From the IMG/VR virus record IMGVR_UViG_3300048599_000281: DNA of 64,000 bases; one strand, given 5' to 3'. Made by a program: the position numbers and the translations under genes. The notes below the pieces were generated by a model. It did no database searches. It was not told the DNA's origin and saw nothing but the letters and a program-made list of their open reading frames with translations. Numbering within the stretch: the stretch's first letter is position 1; each line of letters starts with the position of its first letter. Positions 59,313-64,000 of the stretch are shown piece by piece. Source of the DNA: a virus.

Positions 59313-59594
59313 TCAGTTTGCGCCGAGACGCTGCGCCCGGCGCCGGCGCTTCTGATAGGTGTCGACCAGAATCCAGATGACCAAACCGATGGCGCCGATG
59401 AAAATCACCGCGGCGAGCACGACCAGGATCCAGTAGCCGGCGAACAGGAAGAACTTGACCAGCAGCACGATCCACCAGGCGAGCAGATAGCCCCAGGACC
59501 ACATATCGACCGGATTGAAGGTTGCTCCCAGGAAATAGGCGTGGGTGAGGGCGCCGCAGCCGAAATAGCAAGCGAATTGAGTGAGGCGATTCAT
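59313..59594 (-). CDS. Membrane protein (tandem paralogue A)
   Basis: 93 aa, GALTHAYFLGATFNPVDMWSWGYLLAWWIVLL. Confidence 0.62.
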   Translation of the reverse strand: MNRLTQFACYFGCGALTHAYFLGATFNPVDMWSWGYLLAWWIVLLVKFFLFAGYWILVVLAAVIFIGAIGLVIWILVDTYQKRRRRAQRLGAN

Positions 59595-59603
59595 GATTGC
59601 TCC

Positions 59604-59816
59604 TTATTTGCCGAAGGACGAGAAGATGGCGTTGAAGGTGATCTTGCCGATCATGAGCAGGCCGATCACAAGCAAGACGATGCCGAGCAGCACGAAAGGC
59701 CAGCCGAGCAGCACGATCCAGGTCGCGACGCTGCTCCAATAGAAGGTCGACCCGATCAGCAATGCGTGAAACATTGCGCCGATGGTCAGATAGATTGCGG
59801 CACCGATGATTGGCAT
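59604..59816 (-). CDS. Membrane protein (tandem paralogue B)
   Basis: 70 aa from ATG 59816, GAMFHALLIGSTFYWSSVATWIVLLGWPFVLL. Confidence 0.58.
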   Translation of the reverse strand: MPIIGAAIYLTIGAMFHALLIGSTFYWSSVATWIVLLGWPFVLLGIVLLVIGLLMIGKITFNAIFSSFGK

Positions 59817-59824
59817 GTTCGCTC

Positions 59825-60382
59825 CTATGCTGCGGCCGCGAGTGCGGTCGGCAGTTGAAACCAGCCCCAGTCGAGGCCCTTGAAGAAGCACTGCATCATG
59901 CGATCCACGTCGTATTCGGCGGCGTGGGCCTTGGTGTCGTCGTATGGAACGCCGCAGGCGAAGCAGAGCGCGGAGAGGGAAGGGACGTTGCCGATGCCGG
60001 TCGCCCAGCGGCCGTTGACCATCGTGTCGAAGGTCGGTTTGGTCAGCGGCGCCAGCTCGACACGTTTCAGCTCGGAATTGACGAAGGGCAGATCGAAGGC
60101 GTCGCCGTTGTGCCAGACGGTCAGATCGGCACCTTCCAGGCTCGCGCGATAGTTCGGCGCGACAGCGTCCCAGGCGGGCTCGTGCTGGAGATCCTCGATG
60201 GAGATCTTGTGGACGCGCTGCGCCTCGGCCGCGATCGAGCGATGCGGGTTGATGCGCTTGAAATAGGAGCCGACCTGGCGCCGCGAGGACAGGCTGTAGA
60301 GACCCGTATAGACCTCGATGATGCGGTGATCCTTCGGATCGAGCCCGGTGGTTTCGATGTCACTCCCGGCTATAATGGTCAT
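59825..60382 (-). CDS. DEDDh 3'-5' exonuclease (DnaQ/epsilon-like)
   Basis: Exo I DIETTG, Exo II HNGDAFDLPF, Exo III HAAEYDV. Confidence 0.88.
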   Translation of the reverse strand: MTIIAGSDIETTGLDPKDHRIIEVYTGLYSLSSRRQVGSYFKRINPHRSIAAEAQRVHKISIEDLQHEPAWDAVAPNYRASLEGADLTVWHNGDAFDLPFVNSELKRVELAPLTKPTFDTMVNGRWATGIGNVPSLSALCFACGVPYDDTKAHAAEYDVDRMMQCFFKGLDWGWFQLPTALAAAA

Positions 60383-60975
60383 TGACGGCGCTCTCCGAGA
60401 GGAATGGTTAGAATTTCGCTATCGCTCCATCCGTTGCTTCGTCGCCGATTCAATGTTTTCTGACTAATCCCGAGCTTTCGGGACCATTGTGATACGGTTA
60501 GTTTTTCGCCATCAAGCTCCAGGAATACATTGCGCCTCGTGTTCTCGGCTTGATCACGCCGAGTGGCCCAAATGCAATTGTCGGGATTGTAGCCTTCATT
60601 AACGCGCTTCCGTTCAAGCGACGTTCCTTGCGGTCGAGGACCCATATCTGCAACAAATGCGGAGAAATCATTCCATCGTTCGCAAACCTTAATTCCGCGA
60701 CCCGCGTAGTTGGGATGATTTGCACATCGCGCCCTCATACCGCTCCAGAGAGAGTAAAGGGGGTGCTTGCTCATTCCGTGCTTTGTCATTCGTCTCCGCA
60801 AGGAGTCGAGATTGAAGCAGCCGCAAGATTTTGAATTGCCGCTTTTAACAATTCCTGCGACTTGCACGATTTCGTTGCCGCAGTCGCATTTCCAACGCCA
60901 CTGTCGTCCTTCAACTCGCGCAATAGCGACGAGTCGTCCGAAACGCTGACCGGTGATGTTTATCGCGGGCGGCAT
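60379..60975 (-). CDS. Phage DNA-binding protein of a homing-endonuclease-associated family
   Basis: 198 aa. GQRFGRLVAI..CDCG..SCGC zinc-ribbon-like N-terminus and an HTH-like C-terminus. Visibly lower GC. Confidence 0.7.
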   Translation of the reverse strand: MPPAINITGQRFGRLVAIARVEGRQWRWKCDCGNEIVQVAGIVKSGNSKSCGCFNLDSLRRRMTKHGMSKHPLYSLWSGMRARCANHPNYAGRGIKVCERWNDFSAFVADMGPRPQGTSLERKRVNEGYNPDNCIWATRRDQAENTRRNVFLELDGEKLTVSQWSRKLGISQKTLNRRRSNGWSDSEILTIPLGERRQ

Positions 60976-61206
60976 TTATGACGCCTTCCGGTCTTCGATC
61001 CGAATGCCGCTTTTCCAGTCGGCAGGGCGCTTTGCGGTCTTGGAGCGCTCGACGAGCACCTTCTTCTTGCCGACGGAGCGCCAGCCCTTGGTCGAGTGAA
61101 GCGCCAAGCCGGTGATTTCGCTTCTGCGCATCCACACCCAAGCGACCGGGTTGAAGACCACGACGCTCAGGATCCGGAGCCGATTGGTGACGATTTTGCC
61201 TGCCAT
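60976..61206 (-). CDS. Hypothetical small protein
   Basis: 76 aa with GC-rich third positions. Confidence 0.55.
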   Translation of the reverse strand: MAGKIVTNRLRILSVVVFNPVAWVWMRRSEITGLALHSTKGWRSVGKKKVLVERSKTAKRPADWKSGIRIEDRKAS

Positions 61207-61216
61207 TTTGTATTCC

Positions 61217-61231
61217 CGTCAGAACTGACTG
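61217..61231. repeat. AGTCA-N4-TGACT family palindrome, copy 17
   Basis: CGTCAGAACTGACTG. Confidence 0.85.
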
Positions 61232-61411
61232 TTAACCCTGCCGATGCGAAGCGGCCGAGATTGCGGTGATAGTGAAGAAGGCGATCACGACCGAGGTCGC
61301 GACCAGTGCAGATTTCCAGAAGCCGAGCCCGACAAGGTCGCCGATCGCGCCGCAGATTGCAGCGATGAAGGACGTGAACGCGATGGCGATGCAGGCGATG
61401 AAATAGAGCAT
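61232..61411 (-). CDS. Small membrane protein
   Basis: 59 aa, MLYFIACIAIAFTSFIAAICGAIGDLVGLGFWKSALVATSVVIAFFTI.. GGGAGA RBS. Below the track cutoff. Confidence 0.45.
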   Translation of the reverse strand: MLYFIACIAIAFTSFIAAICGAIGDLVGLGFWKSALVATSVVIAFFTITAISAASHRQG

Positions 61412-61424
61412 CAGGTCTCCCTGT

Positions 61425-61604
61425 TCAGTGGATGACGATCATGATGAACAGCAGCCACCAGATCCACGCCGGCGCCTTCGACATCATCAGGTGATGTTCG
61501 ATGAAGTCCCGCAGGGTGAGCTCCTTCGGAAACCGAACGAAGAAGATCGCCAGGGCCGCGAGCAGCAGGATCAGAATAATGATGCCAGTCACAGATGCCT
61601 CCAT
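61425..61604 (-). CDS. Small membrane protein
   Basis: 59 aa from ATG 61604, MEASVTGIIILILLLAALAIFFV... Confidence 0.5.
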   Translation of the reverse strand: MEASVTGIIILILLLAALAIFFVRFPKELTLRDFIEHHLMMSKAPAWIWWLLFIMIVIH

Positions 61605-62116
61605 GTCTTGCGCTCGCGAATGTCCGTGATCGTTTTTCTCGTGATCTGTAGAGATATAGCGAGTTGAGCGAGGCTGTCTTCCGGTGCAGCCCGGATTTTC
61701 AGCACGTCCCCCGCGGTGAGCTTCGCATTGGCATTGGAGGAGCCGCGGGAGGCCTTCAGGCCGGTGCCGTGCGCGTGCTTCTCCTGATCCGAGCGCGACG
61801 CCCATTCGAGATTGGTCTTGGCGTTGTTCGCCTTGACGCCATCGATGTGATTGACCTCGGGCAGATTCAGCGGGTTCGGCAGGAAGGCGATGCCAATCAC
61901 CCTGTTCACCAGAACCGATTTGGAGATCCGCTCGAAGGTGAGGGTGAAATAAACCCGGCCCGTCGCCTTGTGCGTGGAAAACTGGATTCGCTTATAGACG
62001 CGCTGGTTCCTAACCGTCTTGGCGTGACGATAGACCGAGCCGTCCTCACGGGGCACGATGTGACGCGCCTCGATCGCGCGCTTGATCCAGGCGTCTTTAT
62101 CCCAGGTATCATTCAT
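61589..62116 (-). CDS. HNH homing endonuclease
   Basis: VNHIDGVKANNAKTNLEWASRSDQEKHA HNH motif. 175 aa. Confidence 0.85.
   Translation of the reverse strand: MNDTWDKDAWIKRAIEARHIVPREDGSVYRHAKTVRNQRVYKRIQFSTHKATGRVYFTLTFERISKSVLVNRVIGIAFLPNPLNLPEVNHIDGVKANNAKTNLEWASRSDQEKHAHGTGLKASRGSSNANAKLTAGDVLKIRAAPEDSLAQLAISLQITRKTITDIRERKTWRHL
61653..61661 (-). promoter_or_regulatory. -10-like box CGCTATATC (inside the HNH gene 3' end)
   Basis: 48 nt upstream of ATG 61604. Confidence 0.4.
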
Positions 62117-62640
62117 GATGACGCCCGAGCAAAACTGCCAAAGTGTTTCAAAGCTGCGGCGTCGTAAGCAGCCACAGCTTCATTTTCAGTCGCAAAGCTA
62201 CCTAGAAAGATATGTTTTTGGTTTACTGTGATTTGAGCGAGATATCGGTCTTTTCGCCGGCGAACGCCTTTTTTGCCACTAGAATTATTTGTAGGTCTAT
62301 TTTTATTCGCCGCACTCTGCGATCCGGTCGCAATCCGAAGATTGCCCCATTTGTTGTTCGATGGGTTTGTATCTTCATGGTCGACAATTCTAGTCGGCCA
62401 TTTGCCGGTTACGATCGCCCAGACGATTCTATGACCTAAACAAGGAGATCCATCGATCGATATTATGAGATATCCATCAGGTCGAATTGTTCCCGCTACA
62501 TCACCCGCTTTTGCGGCTTTACAGCCGCCACGATCGATACGCCAGCGTAGTTCTCCTGTGAGAGGGTTATAGGAAAGCAACTCCTTCAATCTTTCGACCG
62601 AGGGTTCTTTTCTTACTCTCTTTCGACCAATACTGGTCAC
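62113..62640 (-). CDS. HNH endonuclease with C-terminal AP2-type DNA-binding domain
   Basis: GTG start. HRIVWAI..VDHEDTNPSNNKWGNLRIAT plus YLAQITVNQKHIFLGSFATENEAVAAYDAAA. AT-richer than its surroundings. Confidence 0.85.
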   Translation of the reverse strand: MTSIGRKRVRKEPSVERLKELLSYNPLTGELRWRIDRGGCKAAKAGDVAGTIRPDGYLIISIDGSPCLGHRIVWAIVTGKWPTRIVDHEDTNPSNNKWGNLRIATGSQSAANKNRPTNNSSGKKGVRRRKDRYLAQITVNQKHIFLGSFATENEAVAAYDAAALKHFGSFARASS

Positions 62641-62801
62641 TGCGACAAAGCCATGCCAAGCAGCATCAGAAAGCCGATCCCGGCTACTGTCATCGACGCC
62701 GTAAGATGAGCGCGCCAGGGATAGAACTGGCTGATGTCGCCGGCGAGCGGAATCGCACTTACAAAACCAAAGATGAAAAGCCCAAAGCCTAGAGCGATCA
62801 T
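62637..62801 (-). CDS. Small membrane protein
   Basis: 54 aa, MIALGFGLFIFGFVSAIPLAGD.. ATGA and GTGA overlaps. Below the track cutoff. Confidence 0.45.
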   Translation of the reverse strand: MIALGFGLFIFGFVSAIPLAGDISQFYPWRAHLTASMTVAGIGFLMLLGMALSQ

Positions 62802-63004
62802 TTCAGCCCTTCACGCGCCTGAATGAGAATATTGGTGATCTCGTAGGGCACGAGACCCTGGATCGTGTCGATCTGATAGCGAAGGATCTGGTCGAGCGTC
62901 TGCTTGGTGATCTGAGCCCGGCTGTAGGCGTCCCAGGCATGCTCCAGCGATTCAATCGCTTTGCGCGCCAGTTCGTCCGACAGCTCGGGCCAGGATCGCT
63001 CCAT
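62798..63004 (-). CDS. Hypothetical small protein
   Basis: 68 aa. Confidence 0.6.
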   Translation of the reverse strand: MERSWPELSDELARKAIESLEHAWDAYSRAQITKQTLDQILRYQIDTIQGLVPYEITNILIQAREGLK

Positions 63005-63687
63005 CAGTGAACCGTGATGCCTCGCTCGGCCGCCAATTCCCGGAAGCGCGAGAGCCAGATAGTCTTGGCGATCTCCGGGGACCAGTATTGGAAGTCGAAA
63101 TGCCGCGGCTTTTCCTTCGCGCGGTCATAGACCTTCTTGTCGTAATGAACCGCGTCCTCTTTCGAGGCGATATTCTGCGCCACCTCGGTATGACCGAGAA
63201 TCTCGTCGGCGATACGAACTTCCTTCGGCCACGGATAGACCAGGCTGAAGCGCTCGGCGATCGCCCGCGCGATTCGATCCTCGATCTTGAGATACATGGT
63301 GCCGTAACAGGGCAGGGCCTTCATCGGCCGGATCAGGTCGCCGATGATCGATTCCGGCGAATCGTGCATCAGCGCTTCCAGCGCGAATTTCCTGGGCGTC
63401 AGGTAGGAGGCGTGAATCTCGTGCTCATTGATGGTCATGCCCATGATGGACTGGCCATTGAAGCGGTAGACGCGGGACCCGCCGACTGCCAGGTCCTCGA
63501 TAAAGACCTCCTCGGGGCGTGGGTCGCAGGGGAAGAAGATGCGGCCGGAATGAGTGAAGGTGTAATGGCCGAGCCGATCCGGATAGCCTGGCGAATGAAC
63601 GCCCTCCAACAGGTCTTCGAGCGACGAATCCTTGATCGCCTGATCGATCATCTTCGGGGTCAGTTCCAGTGTGATCTTGTCCAGCAT
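63004..63687 (-). CDS. HD-domain phosphohydrolase (5'-nucleotidase-like)
   Basis: 227 aa. NEHEIHASYL and LMHDSPESIIGD motifs. Confidence 0.78.
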   Translation of the reverse strand: MLDKITLELTPKMIDQAIKDSSLEDLLEGVHSPGYPDRLGHYTFTHSGRIFFPCDPRPEEVFIEDLAVGGSRVYRFNGQSIMGMTINEHEIHASYLTPRKFALEALMHDSPESIIGDLIRPMKALPCYGTMYLKIEDRIARAIAERFSLVYPWPKEVRIADEILGHTEVAQNIASKEDAVHYDKKVYDRAKEKPRHFDFQYWSPEIAKTIWLSRFRELAAERGITVH

Positions 63688-63696
63688 GAAAGCTCC

Positions 63697-63737
63697 GCGC
63701 GCTATAAGTCAGTGTTGACTGACAATATAGCGCGCGC
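63697..63737. repeat. About 41-bp near-perfect palindrome containing palindrome copy 18 and two opposed GCTATA boxes
   Basis: GCGCGCTATAAGTCAGTGTTGACTGACAATATAGCGCGCGC. The core TAAGTCAGTGTTGACTGA is at 63705-63722. Confidence 0.9.
63724..63732 (-). promoter_or_regulatory. -10-like box CGCTATATT
   Basis: Abuts palindrome copy 18. GGAG RBS and ATG 63687 lie downstream. Confidence 0.55.
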
Positions 63738-63757
63738 AGCGAGGGGCTTGATTGCGA

Positions 63758-64000
63758 CTAGGCCCGCTTGAGATTCTTGGCCAGGCTCTCGCGGTCCATC
63801 TTGAGCTTCTTGGCGATGGCCCGGATCGACAGGCCTTTGCCGCCCTTATGCAGCTTCACCGCCTGGGCGAGCTTCTTGGCGTAGGCCGTATTGGGCGTCA
63901 TATTGGGCGCCGAATTGATCGCGGAGGCGAGATCGCCGCGCTTGGCGGCTTCGACAGCGAGATTCTTGGCGTTCTTCTTGACCTCGACGACCGAGACTGA
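63758..64000 (-). CDS. HTH-containing protein, N-terminus beyond the window edge
   Basis: Stop-free minus-strand frame from base 64000 to TAG 63758-63760. ..GGKGLSIRAIAKKLKMDRESLAKNLKRA. Not in the ORF track. The listed plus-strand ORF 63752..64000 is its shadow. Confidence 0.6.
   Translation of the reverse strand, partial: SVSVVEVKKNAKNLAVEAAKRGDLASAINSAPNMTPNTAYAKKLAQAVKLHKGGKGLSIRAIAKKLKMDRESLAKNLKRA

Noticed and set aside
59053-59739. 228-aa minus-strand ORF
   Set aside because: It overlaps the membrane-protein gene 59313..59594 in another frame, and its N-terminal two thirds are Arg/His-rich nonsense. Only the last 82 codons, which have their own RBS and TTG start, are kept.
63752-64000. 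82-aa plus-strand ORF at the right edge
   Set aside because: The opposite strand gives a far more protein-like translation with an HTH segment that ends at TAG 63758-63760. The plus-strand ORF is its shadow.

Overview
This is a GC-rich, gene-dense segment of a tailed-phage genome (a prophage or phage-plasmid). Promoter style and gene content suggest an alphaproteobacterial host, but that is inference. Most genes lie on the minus strand.

Gene layout:
- Bases 1-30300 form one leftward late operon: terS, terL, portal, scaffold, major capsid, connector proteins, a CHAP-type peptidase, major tail protein, a G/GT chaperone pair with a candidate -1 frameshift, a 1519-aa tape measure with a lytic transglycosylase motif, a lambda-like M-L-K-I-J tip module and fibre genes.
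- A fibre-like ORF of more than 1257 codons runs off the left edge. It is missing from the supplied ORF track because it has no stop inside the window.
- Bases 30.4-34.7 kb hold a leftward operon: two ParB-nuclease-domain proteins, a Zn-ribbon protein, an ABC-type ATPase, a secreted BTLCP/LapG-like cysteine peptidase and a GNAT-like protein.
- Bases 34.7-39.9 kb hold a rightward operon: SF2 helicase, a P-loop kinase-like protein, a mini protein kinase, an HslV-like Ntn hydrolase, and a ParA plus RHH partition pair.
- Bases 40-64 kb hold a leftward early region of many small, translationally coupled ORFs. It includes RtcB RNA ligase, a DnaQ-like exonuclease, an HD phosphohydrolase, three homing-endonuclease-type genes and many tiny membrane proteins.
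- I recognised no integrase, repressor, tRNA, rRNA or CRISPR array.

Most unusual signals:
1. A 977-bp tract (42061-43037) contains no GG and no CC dinucleotide. It encodes two proteins without Gly, Pro or Trp. One of them is a diverged paralogue of a normally composed gene at 45342-46220.
2. About 20 copies of an AGTCA-N4-TGACT palindrome sit in intergenic junctions.
3. Twelve CGCTAT(A/G)T(C/T) -10-like boxes all point leftward. Some carry a CCWACCGCAWTCC upstream box and a GATGCAAAC leader.
4. Three dispersed noncoding arrays are rich in CCATGG-type words and share a 25-bp identical block.
5. A dense array of TCGCTA-half-site palindromes lies at 56.6-56.9 kb, with scattered extra copies, one of them at the parA promoter.

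All coordinates for small ORFs and motifs were read by eye and should be recomputed.
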